Below, in pieces: positions 53,601-64,000 of a stretch of 64,000 nucleotides of DNA (position 1 is its first letter; every line of letters begins with the position of its first letter). This DNA comes from Magallana gigas (lineage: Eukaryota), in assembly GCF_963853765.1 (NCBI RefSeq), contig NC_088857.1:33728001-33792000 (forward strand). Reading direction: 5' to 3'. The notes beneath the pieces are model-generated. The model did no database searches, had not been told where the DNA came from, and saw only the letters and a list, made by a program, of their open reading frames with translations. A program made the position numbers and the translations under genes.

Positions 53601-53702
53601 ACATTTTTCAAGACCTAAATTACTATAAAAAATATCACAAGTTAAACAATTTTTATATACCCCTTTATGATGTTTGATCTCCCTCCATCTCATGCCATAC
53701 AT
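50602..53702 (-). CDS. NDUFA4: Cytochrome c oxidase subunit NDUFA4/COXFA4-like, 4 exons, 91 aa
   Basis: Exons 53661-53702 (42 nt), 50999-51087 (89 nt), 50810-50870 (61 nt) and 50602-50685 (84 nt), GT-AG and in frame. MYGMRWREIKHHKG MQVIWACTFLGGALAAWYLYRLSTKAPDVS WRHTANPQPWEKMPQTVQYK FYSPHIDFKKRGMYPDPARPDIDLRPH*. It has a TM helix and the PDV.W..NP.PW....QYKFYS family motif. Exon 1 is the least certain. Confidence 0.88.
52167..53423. mobile_element. Older TA-MITE of the 15761-16221 family, interrupted by copy B of the 675 bp element
   Basis: Decayed TIRs CTCTGACCCAAGATA / TTTGGGACAGAC. 52940-53100 is a diverged reverse relative of 15960-16100. Confidence 0.6.
52204..52878 (-). mobile_element. 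675 bp hairpin element, copy B (NDUFA4 intron 1)
   Basis: Reverse complement of 19784-20458. Confidence 0.85.
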
Positions 53703-54471
53703 CCAGTTCTCTGGACTAAGTTTGTTCATATCTAAATGCATTTTTAGAGTCTTGAGATTTTTCTGGATATCTTGAAGGACGTTAGGGGAAGGACGCGCTA
53801 ATTTACGAAAAGTTTGAAAGTGAAAGACAGAAAGAAAATATTAGTACAAACAAGATGTAAATTTGTCTATATTAGATAATTAAAACATTCTTAATCAGAA
53901 GTACTCGATTTCGTAAAAAAATTAACCAAATATAACAAGAACAATTTTATATTTCTTAACAACTATTTCAAATTTTATTTTCTTTAAAAAAAAAAATAAA
54001 GATATATAAAGGTGGATTTATTATTGTTTGTCATTTTTATTTAGAAAAGTTTAAACATCAAATTATGAGGAACTCTATACATTGATATCTTAAACCAACA
54101 TAACATTTTTTTCATGTTTTTTTTTATTCTTTTTTGCATCTGTTAATGCAATTAGTGCTGAGCAGTAAATCTGTGTTGATAGAAAGCTTGGTATGGGATT
54201 ATACATTTTGACGTTACAGTATTTAGAACTTAAAAAAAGAATAGAAAAAAGTTTTAAACAAGATGTTTATATTGATTAAGACATTAACTATTTAAAATAT
54301 AAATTATTAATTCGTGAAAAAATACTAAAAACAACATAATATCCTTTCCTAAATGGTAATCAGTAGTACACAATGTGAAACAGAGAGAAAGATCCGGGTC
54401 GAAATAACTGGGTAGCATATTAAGAGAACCTCTGATGAATTTTAAGTTACTCGTGCGTTTTACAAAGCAAG

Positions 54472-57400
54472 ATGGCAGACAATACTGAAGTAGACATGGA
54501 CCCAAGTGTTGAATTCCTATATAAAACAATGCGTAAGTGAAATACACAAAATTCAAATTGCTCTTTAGACGAAATCAATATATGTGACAATCTTTTTTAG
54601 TAAAAATTAACGCTGATCTTTCTCATCGACTTAAAAAGTGTTAGTTTGAGAGAGAAAATCACAGAAAGAAAAAAAAACTGTCAATATTTCATCATTTATT
54701 TCAAAATGCAGTGCAGAGAGACCCAAGAAAAAGACGAGTAAAGCCTGTACAGAAACACCTCATTCAGGTGGACTTTGGTGGAGCTGATGATAGTGATGAC
54801 AGTGATTTTGAACTTGACAAGCATAAGAAAGGTACATACAAACAAATAAACAATGTGCTAGCTGGGCTTGGCACAAAATCAGAATTAATTATTAGAAGAA
54901 TCCTTGATGCTTTAAAAACCCATTTCAGATCAGAAAACAAATTTTAGATATATAATTAATACACATATGCATTTACACAGTTTGGTATGCCTATATTTAA
55001 TATTGTTTAGATCAAGCTATTGAGTGTAGTCATATAAATATGTTGGACTCAAAAAAGTGATTGGACTCTACGTCTGATGGTATTGTCAAAGTCGGATGGT
55101 AATGGGCTGGTCAACCATGATTCATTCCCCTGTGCATTTTTGAATTACATGTCAATGTTACTGTACAATATACTGTAGAAGCAGAAATTTTCATAGGAAT
55201 TTATTTACATTGGTTAATGTTATTGATTAAATAAATTGAGTTCCAGATGAAAACCTTTGTGTTTACAGATATTTTATTCACATCATTCCTTATTAAACCT
55301 GTTTTGTATTTTATTAATTGTTAAGTGAGTACGTGTAATAGGATAAGCGTAATCATTAATATTAATTAATGACCGCAGGGCTTGATGATTCTGATGAAGA
55401 TGATGATAATCAACAGTCGTCTGATGATGGAGATGATGGTGATGATGGAAGTGAAGAAGAAAATGAAGGTGATGAAGAGTCTGAAGAAGACATCAAAAAG
55501 AAAAAGAAAGAGGAAAGTTTTGTGGAAGAAGTCAGTGTTCAAGAGGAATCTGAAAGTTGTTTATCCAAAGAGGATGCCATGAAAACAGAGAAGGTATTTT
55601 TATTGATTGCATTATCTCTTTAACATTCATTATCAAGGGTGAAGGGTTTAATATTTATGGTCAAAATGCTCCACAGATCAAAATCAGTATTTTTCTGTCA
55701 TTTTGTTTCTCAAATTAAGATGAACTGATTTAATTTTAGTAGACATGTTTTTTTATTTATATGAATTCCAACAAAAATATTTTTTAAAATTAATTGCAAT
55801 TCATTTATTAACATTTGTAGAAGTTTAACACAAGAGCTGATGCTTTATTACTTTGCTACAAAGTACTCTTAACCAACTTTTATTCACGTGGGAGAAAATT
55901 TCGCAAGGGCCTGGTCGTCTTGCTGCGAACCAGTCATTGTCGTGTGGTTGTTTATGTTATATAACAAGACAAGTCTGGATAAGGCTCAGTAAACTATACA
56001 TTAAGACAACAAAATTATCAGTTGCTAACTTGCTATACCTGTCAAGTAGATGATATCATAAGACATTACAAGCTTTTGGTTTGGTTGTCTTGTCATTAAA
56101 AAAATGTACTGAGACAGTGTAGATTAACCTTAACTATTTTAAGGTAAACACTTGGGTAGTACTTAAACTGTGTATCATCATTATAGTAGATTTCCTTCTA
56201 CTTTTTCCTGACTTGACCGATTTCTTTTCGTGTCTCATTACAGACTGATGCTGCAGTCCCATACATTCCGTTCAAACACAAACCAATCAAGGTCACAATC
56301 TGCTGTGTTTGTTTAGGTGACATCAGGTAGGAACAACCTAACATGGTATGGTGGTATGGGACATCTTGAGAAATTTAAAATATGTACATCATTTTCAAAG
56401 CATAAGCACCGATTTTTAAAAATTTCAAATTGTACAATATTTGATAAAATGCATTCTGCAAATTGGTCTAATGATAGAGGCCATGATAAACTTATTGGGC
56501 TACACTGTTAAAAATTAAAATAGGTAAAAAAAAAAATAAAGTTATATCTGTGTTTCAATTTTTTGTTTATTATGAAATAAGAAATATGGGGGTATCCTAT
56601 GCAGGAAAACAGTGTACATGTGTTCAAGTTAACTGGATTTATGCTCTTATGTTATTTCTATTGTCATGAAGTGCATGTAATATAAAAGAAAAAGATCTAA
56701 TATAAATAGTTGCTGAAGTACATAAAAATTATTGAGTTGGGGCGTGTTTGTCATGTTTTATTTCTGTACATGAATAAGTCCTATTCATCTTGATGAACTC
56801 AATTGACATTTAGTGAAGAAGATGATGAAATTGTGGAGTGTGACAATTGTGGAGCTTCTGTACATGAAGGTAAGTCTGTAATTATACTCTACAAAACAAG
56901 ATGGAGGGGAAGTTTATGTTTTGTCCTGTCAGCCAATCTCTCAGTGACAGTCCTGTGTTTTCTTAGCACAACTCCTCATAAAACTGTGTAGGTAATTAGG
57001 ACACAATGTGCAGATGTGGATATTTGCAGAAACTTCTTATTCCATTATGAACCCGGCTACTGTGTAGGTTTTTTTATGGGATACTATTTATCCCTCTTTT
57101 TATGGGTTGTTTTGGGATCAGTAAGGATGTAACATTTTGTACACTATTTATCACCCCCCCACCCATCTAAGTTGTGGTGGGATCAGTGATACTTTACTAT
57201 TTATCCTTCTACTGTATAGGTTGTTATGGGATTCTGGGATCATTGATTCTCCACTATTTATCCTTCTGCTCTGTAGGTTGTTATGGGATCATTGATTCTC
57301 TACTATTTATCCTTCTGCTCTGTAGGTTGTTATGGGATCATTGATTCTATACTATTTATCCTTCTGCTCTGTAGGTTGTTATGGGATCAGTGAGAACCAC

Positions 57401-60400
57401 TCCTCCTGCAGCACCGAGTCCTCAGCGAGCACAGAGCCGTGGTTCTGTGATGCATGTAAGGCAGGACTCAAACCAGTAAGAAGCCACAATATCACTTAAA
57501 TCAGTTTACATCATCATCAGCATTAAAGTATGGAGCATATTTTAATGCCTTTATCTTATATATATCTCTTCTTTATTAGCCTTGACAGCCAGCTAAGCTC
57601 TTTATTTATAATACCCTTGGTAAATAATATATTATAAGGATTTTTTTCTTAGTTAAAAAATGAGTAAAAAGTTTTTGATTAGAATTATCTTGTATTGAAT
57701 ATTAGTCTTATTGTTGTGTTCTTCTTTTTAAAGCTGCTTGGTCTGATTTTATATCAGATTTTATACACGCTTTTAAACGATTGTTATGCTTAGTATATGT
57801 ACATGTATAATAATAGACATTGCAGTAGTTTTTTCTAGTCAATTATGCCAAATTTCAATGAAGAGAAATACCTACAAAATTTGCTAACAAACAAACGACA
57901 TAAAAGGGTACAGCGTTATTTCGCCTCATCTTAAATTTCACCTCTTATGACAAGACGGGTATCATGGTTGTATTATGACTTTGACATTGTATTAAATAAA
58001 GGTCGAAATAATCAGACAAATTACAAATAAACCTGTGTACGTTTTGTTCGCTGATATTTCTGAAGTTTGCTTTCTTTACAATCAATGCATAGCATGCATA
58101 GCATGCGGGTTGAATCCATGCAATCATTCAAGGGACGAAACCAAATGGTTTCCATTTTCTAAAAATTCCCGTGATGCACTTTGGTTTGTTTTTTCGTTTG
58201 CCCAAAAAGAAATTATTTTTATTTACTTTGAATATTTCTAACTTTGAAAGGAGACTGATCATGTAAATAGGAGAAAGTCCATAACTTTCTAAGATAAATG
58301 GTTTGTATGGAAAAAAATTTGATACTGTAATAACAAAAAAATCAGACCAAGCAGCTTTAAGGTACTTCACTACACCGAGACTTATACTTTTTAAGACACT
58401 ACGTCACAAGATGGCGATTTAAATGTTTTGTTAAACTGTTTGTATCAATCGATTCAGATGTATATCGTCATAGCTCAGTGGTTAATGTATCAGGCTTGTG
58501 AACCGCAGGTCATGAGTTCGAATCCACCTGGGGCTTTTGTTTATGTTTACTGAATGAAATTTTTGAAAATACCATTTTTTATCTAAAATTGCACATTTGT
58601 TCGCCTATTTGATATATATACTTCTTATCCTTCATGCTTTCTATCATAATCAAGTAATTTTCTGCTGATTTGAGAAACTATTTCCAGGTGTAGTGAGGCA
58701 CCTTAAAATAGTTGATATTGAAATTTGTGTAAAGTTAATCCAATATCATGGATCTTTTCTTACAGTATATTTTTTCTTTTGTAGATTTGTGAATTGTGCC
58801 CAAACCCTGGAGGAATATTCAAAGAAACAGATGCTGGGAAGTATGAATTTCTTTTTCAAATCAATAATTGTACATTGTTGTCGATCATAGAAATTTAAAA
58901 GTATAGTCTTGTTTGAAATGTACAGTGTTCAAACAATTGTACCTGAGATATCTAATTTGCCATATTTATCTGTTTCAGGTGGGTGCACCTGGTCTGTGCA
59001 CTGTACACCCCTGGGGTAGCGTTTGGTGATGTAGATAAGCTGAGTCCGGTCACTCTTTTTGAGATGCCTTACTCACGCTGGGGTGCAAGGGTAAGGTCTC
59101 AAAGCTGTATATATAAACCATAATACTCTATGAAAAGTTAATTGATTTCGTAATCATTTGTCTGACCATTGCAAAGTTGTGTTTCAACACAACACTTCCA
59201 ATCCATCTTTGCACTTTGCAAAGACAACTAATGTTCAATATTAATGTAGTGTATTGAAATAATGTATATTTATTAGGGCATTATTGGTATAAAGCTTAAT
59301 TAGTTTTGCATGCATATTGAATGGACATTAATTTTTATTTCAGGAATGTACTTTGTGTGAAGATGCCCGATTCAGTCGTACTGGAGTCTGCATCAGCTGT
59401 GATGCTGGCATGTGTAGAACCTACTTTCATGTGACGTGGTAAAAATTTTAAAGGATCTTGTAGTCTTTCTGTGTAGTAAAAATATCAGGCATAACTAAAG
59501 AAGAAATATTTTATTGAAAGATTCCTTTACATTGTTTATAGTGCACAAAGAGAAGGTCTACTGTCTGAGGCCGCTCCAGAAGAGTGCATGGTAAGGGCAG
59601 ATGTACTACATGTATATACAAAGTTACATAAGCGAATTTCGGTTTCTTTTTTCCGCATCCTTAAGACTTTGTTTTATAGACATATTTAATTCAAAAGATA
59701 ATAATGTCAAGGAAAACCTCTTACACTTATAAATATTGATTCATGTACTGAAAAAATACATGTTATATTATTTTTTCAGGATATCGCAGATCCATTTTTT
59801 GCATATTGTAAAATGCATGCAGAAAAAGTGATGTCCAGGGCCAAGAGAAGAAATTGGCTTGCCATTCAGTCCCACATCAGGAAACACCCAGAGAAAAAGA
59901 TAGAGGACGAAAAAGAGAAAGTGGGTATATCTAGTTACTTGAACATAATATGAGCAATTTTTTAATTTTTGGTTTCCATCATTAAAGGCACCTAATTGTA
60001 TGCAGTCAGAATTGTTCAGACCATTTTTTTAAAACAAGATAATCTTGTAGGCAAGGTTTGAAAGAAAGTTGAAGCGACACCAAGAAAAATACCAGCAGGC
60101 TAAACTCAAAAGACCACCATCATGGGGTATGTCAGTTTTTGTTTTGTTTTTGGGGTTTTTTTTGGGGGGGGGGGGGTATGTCAGTTAAAACTTACTTTAA
60201 TAATCCAAATTGATGCTTATTATATTCATCGTTTTATACAGATACACATTCCTAACATTGTAAATCCTCATGGAAACAATGATCATTTAATGCATGCTGT
60301 AAAAAAGATGCTGAATTATTGCTTGTTGAACGGAAACATCATTAATTTTGTTTTGTAATGTACACAGTCCCCACACAGAAACTTGTCAGACACTTAACCT

Positions 60401-63400
60401 CGAGTCCTGCTGCTGTGAAAAAAATGTTGAGGAAAGCTGAACTCATGGGAGTTATTACACAGGTATAAATGTGATTTTTGGGAGTTGATTTTAATCAAAT
60501 CTCCTATGCACTCTCCTATGCAGTTACTCTGACAAACCGAAAGTGAAACAGTGTTTGGACCAAAGCACAAATCATCGCCGCTGACAAAAATTAGTTCTTC
60601 AGAATAATTGATAAATCCGAAATAATGTATGCCAAAGAATTGTTTTTCAAGGAAACATATTTATAAATACTTTGAAAATAGTCAGATTTTAAATGGTACG
60701 AACAATTTAGATATTTTTTGTAGTTGTGTGTATTCTTACGCCAAAGTTCAATATAGTCTCGTTCAACTCGACGCTCGGCTGTCTCCGTAAATCTCTGACA
60801 AGCAGAGAGTCTCTCTTGCTTGTCGGAGATTAACGGCGACAGCCGAGCGTTTGGTTGAGCGAGACGAGTTCAATATTGCTTGGATCCATAAATTTTCCAG
60901 AAATATTTCTATCATTGATACATAGTTTGATTGAATTATTCTATCTTTAAATATTACTTAAAACATGACTCATATGGGGTTTTATCAACATTCTTTTGTC
61001 GAAAAAGTCCGAAAATTCATATTATAAAAATGTGTGTAATTCAAATACAGATTAGAAACTACCTGTACTTGTCATGCAAAATAACATATCATTGATTTTA
61101 AAATAAATAACCATTGATAAAATCAACTCCCGTCAGTTCTTCGGTACTTTGATTATTGTGAGTGTTGAAAAACATCTTGTCAGAGATCTGTGATATATGT
61201 ACTGTAGATTCCTGAGACTGAAATTTGATTCTTATTTCACACGAATGCTAAATTCTAAGATTCAACTGTTTTGCATCGAATAGTGAGAATATTAAATTAC
61301 AAACACCAAGTTTTTATCATAGTTAAATTACGTTTACATCTGTCTGAAAAATAGTACCGAGGTTTTAAAATTTGTGAGATTTAATTGTTTCTTGAGGTTT
61401 AAGCAGATATTATTTCCTCTTGTTTAATTATAAATCTACAGTAAATTACAGAACCTATAACATTACACGTAATTGATGGATTTTTGTCTTCATGTTATAA
61501 GATACAGATAAATGTACTGTATGCACTTTTCCTTCTTGTAGTCACAGCATGTTACTCATGAAAAGCAAGAAATCAGGAAGAAATCTTTTATGGTGCCATC
61601 TTTCTCAGTGGAATTTATCACTCACTTTCTTGGTATGAAATATATGTGTGTGTGTTACAGTACATTGTATTTAGATTATTTATTAAAAAGCAAATTTACT
61701 GTAAGTTAATGTAGATGTACATTTAATTTGTAATTTTTCTCTGCTTTATCTTAGAGAGAAACTCCAAAATTGAGAATACAAAGACATGCATGAAAGACAT
61801 AAAGTCACAAAATGAAAAATTACAAGAACAGGAAAAGATTCTACGAATGAAATATGATCAGGTTGGTCTGAATGTTTCAGGTTTTGAACACCACTGATAA
61901 TCTGCATAAATATATCATGTGTCCTCTTTTTTCTACATGTTGGTCTGCATTGTTTGAATGTTTCAGTTGTACTCGGATGTGGAAGGCTTGAGACACTGTG
62001 CCAATGAGAAAAGAAAGACGGGGGAGAAGTTATGGAGCATGTTGAATGACTTGACTGACAAGGTTAATGTTTATAATGTACAGTACATTTGAAACTCTAT
62101 GAGATATTTTTTACAGTTTACAGTTAAACTTTGATATTTCGAACACTGATATCTCAAATACAGTGGATATATCAGTATAATTTGTAAGTCCCAACCACTT
62201 ATTTTTTAAGTATTTTACCCTCGATATCTCGAATAATCGGATATACGAACTATTTAAACAGTCCCATCAAGTTCAAGATAACAAAGTTTGACTGTATCTG
62301 CTTTTGACCATGATGGCAATTTTCCAATTATAAATTAATATTTCACTTTGATAATTTGATGTAATGTAGTCTTAAATGCCATATACATGTATAACCATTG
62401 GAAGATATAAAACAGTTTAAAAGGAAGTTGAATTAATAGTTTAGAAGAGTGTTATTTTGTGTGTGTTGACAGAAATTTCCTGTTCCTGAGGAGTTTAAAG
62501 TTCGCAAGCCCTCCCCATCCCGGGTCATCAATCGTAAATACAGCGTGACTTCACCGCCGGCCGTCATACACAAGTAAGTAAACAGGAGAATGGTAAAGTG
62601 GGTGGTTGCACTATCTAAATGTTTAGTACATACCGGTATATGCATATTGTACATGGATATTACATGTAAGAGCAAGTGAATAGTGCACAATGGTTTAAGT
62701 AGATTAGAGTGACTTTTTAACTACATGTAATAGATTTTTTCCTTATGATATATTGTGTCGGAAACCACAGAAATGTTGCTTACTTATAAATACCAATGCA
62801 AACTGATATAATAGGAACTGATAGAATATTTAAATGTAGCATGAGGTATTTAAGAAATGTGTCCTAAGCTCATTTTCTGCTTATGAAATTATACCTCTCA
62901 CCCTGTACATTTTTTAAAATTAGACCCATCATGCTCCTTGATTTGTAATGTCACTGCAACATATGAAATATGGGAGCACAAAGGGTCTACCATAATTTTA
63001 ATCAGATTGATATGTTTTCTGACATGTTGTAGATGTGCGCTGTGCCACAAGACAAACAGCCAGCACCAGTTGGCACACTGCGACAGCTGTAAGGAGTACT
63101 ATCACTTGGGATGTCTGGATCCACCCCTCACACGCATGCCAAAGAAAACCAAGATCATGGGCTGGTATGTATAGTGTTATAATATACTGTCTAAACCAAC
63201 ATGTTTGAGAATTGAGTTTTGTTTTAATTGGGTAGGATTTTGGATATTAAAGACAGTGTCGATATTTGCATGATAGGACCATTGGCACTGTTGTACAACC
63301 TATTGGTTTGCTATAAACCTCTCTAATGTTTCTAAACAGTCATGTCCCTGTCAGATCAAGAATAAATAAGTATATTTCAGTTGACTATAAATTGAATTGA

Positions 63401-64000
63401 ATATTTCATTTTATTTATATAGAAAAAATAATGATGATTTTTTTTTTGGCATACCAGTACTTTGTACATTCCCAATTGAAAAAAAAAGCAATCAGGTTGA
63501 AAACAAATGTTGGATAACACATAGTTGCTTGATGTATACATATCCCAATGTACATGCTTGTATTTTGCTACATGTATTGGTTACAAGAGGAACTTTTTAT
63601 TACCTTTGTGACTGATATTTTTGACAGGCAGTGTTCAGAATGTACAAAGTCCAGCAGTGGTGACTCTGAAGTAGAGACCAAAGATCTCGATGCCCCTCGC
63701 AAACTCCGAGAGAAAATCAAGGAGCCTACGAAATGGTCACCTGACATGAAGTTCAAATTTGAATTTGAGAAGGTACGTAGTTCATAGTCTGTTTTCATTC
63801 TGCTTACATTTAATATAACAGTCACAAAATATGAACCATACATGTTTCAAGTGTTTTGCTAGCAACAATGATATTAAAGAGAAAATATATAATGCCAGAC
63901 CTGTGATTTTTGGTATACTTTACTTGTATTTCATTTTATAGCTAACTAAGTACAACATGAAAACCAAGAAAAGGAAGAAAAAGAAAAAAACAGGGAAACA
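54472..64000 (+). CDS. PHF14: PHD finger protein 14, 5' partial (continues beyond the window)
   Basis: Exon 1 54472-54532, then exon 2 from 54712 (LQRDPRKRRVKP..DDSDDSDFEL) and an acidic exon. PHD1 CCVCLGD..EIVECDNCGASVHEGCYG..EPWFCDAC, ePHD CELCPN.GGIFKETD..VHLVCALYTPGVAFGDVDKL..CISCDAGMCRTYFHVTCAQREGLL, and a later PHD CALCHK..HCDSCKEYYHLGCLDPPLTRMPKKTK..WQCSEC. Confidence 0.93.
57061..57389 (+). repeat. 49-bp tandem repeat made from the PHF14 intron/exon boundary
   Basis: Unit ACTATTTATCCTTCTGCTCTGTAG|GTTGTTATGGGATCA... Three near-perfect copies plus degenerate upstream copies, and the last copy is the functional acceptor (exon starts 57375). Confidence 0.88.
57732..58356. mobile_element. 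Kolobok-like non-autonomous element
   Basis: TTAA|AGCTGCTTGGTCTGATTTT..AAAATCAGACCAAGCAGCT|TTAA. Confidence 0.8.
58361..58702. mobile_element. Kolobok-like non-autonomous element carrying a tRNA-like segment
   Basis: TTAA|GGTACTTCACTACACC..GGTGTAGTGAGGCACC|TTAA, sharing its left TTAA with the preceding element. Confidence 0.8.
58464..58535 (+). pseudogene. tRNA-derived sequence (tRNA-Thr(UGU)-like, cloverleaf broken)
   Basis: A box TAGCTCAGTGG, CTTGTGA loop, B box GAGTTCGAATCC. The D, anticodon and T stems do not pair, and similarity to tRNA-Thr is from recall. Confidence 0.55.
60754..60867. mobile_element. 114 bp fully palindromic MITE with an 8-bp TSD (hAT-like)
   Basis: TAGTCTCG..CGAGACGA flanked by GTTCAATA at 60746-60753 and 60868-60875. 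Confidence 0.8.
62121..62294. mobile_element. Short TA-flanked MITE (CAGTTAAAC..GTTTGACTG)
   Basis: TA|CAGTTAAACTTTG..CAAAGTTTGACTG|TA. Confidence 0.7.

Noticed and set aside
58464-58535. Functional tRNA gene (also 5036-5106 and 16224-16290)
   Set aside because: A and B boxes are present but the cloverleaf stems do not pair, and all lie inside repeats.

Overview
AT-rich metazoan genomic DNA with spliceosomal introns, most likely an oyster (Crassostrea/Magallana). That assignment is an inference from Cg170-like satellite monomers and the repeat types. Six host genes were reconstructed by hand from GT-AG exons and form three head-to-head pairs: RPLP1(-)/TXNDC5(+), WDR35(-)/RPL30(+) and NDUFA4(-)/PHF14(+, runs off the window end). 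The main accessory feature is a complete 5.3 kb DIRS1-type tyrosine-recombinase retrotransposon (5352-10667, minus strand). It has ITRs, an internal complementary region (ICR), one uninterrupted gag-RT-RNaseH-methyltransferase ORF and a broken recombinase frame, and it is inserted without a TSD into a ~1.5 kb palindromic element carrying tRNA-like boxes. The rest is dense in non-autonomous DNA elements (TTAA/Kolobok-like, TA/mariner-like, hAT-like, Helentron-like with satellite monomers, hairpin elements). Most notable observations: (1) a C14 run whose length decides whether gag stops, fuses to pol or fuses to the recombinase frame; (2) an 11-mer identical or complementary to the U1 snRNA 5' end built into the DIRS ITR/ICR; (3) tandemly copied frameshifting splice acceptors in PHF14; (4) the NDUFA4-PHF14 divergent pair as in human; (5) an identical 12-nt TCT/TOP-like start in both ribosomal protein genes. 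No database searches were run, so family names rest on recognised motifs.
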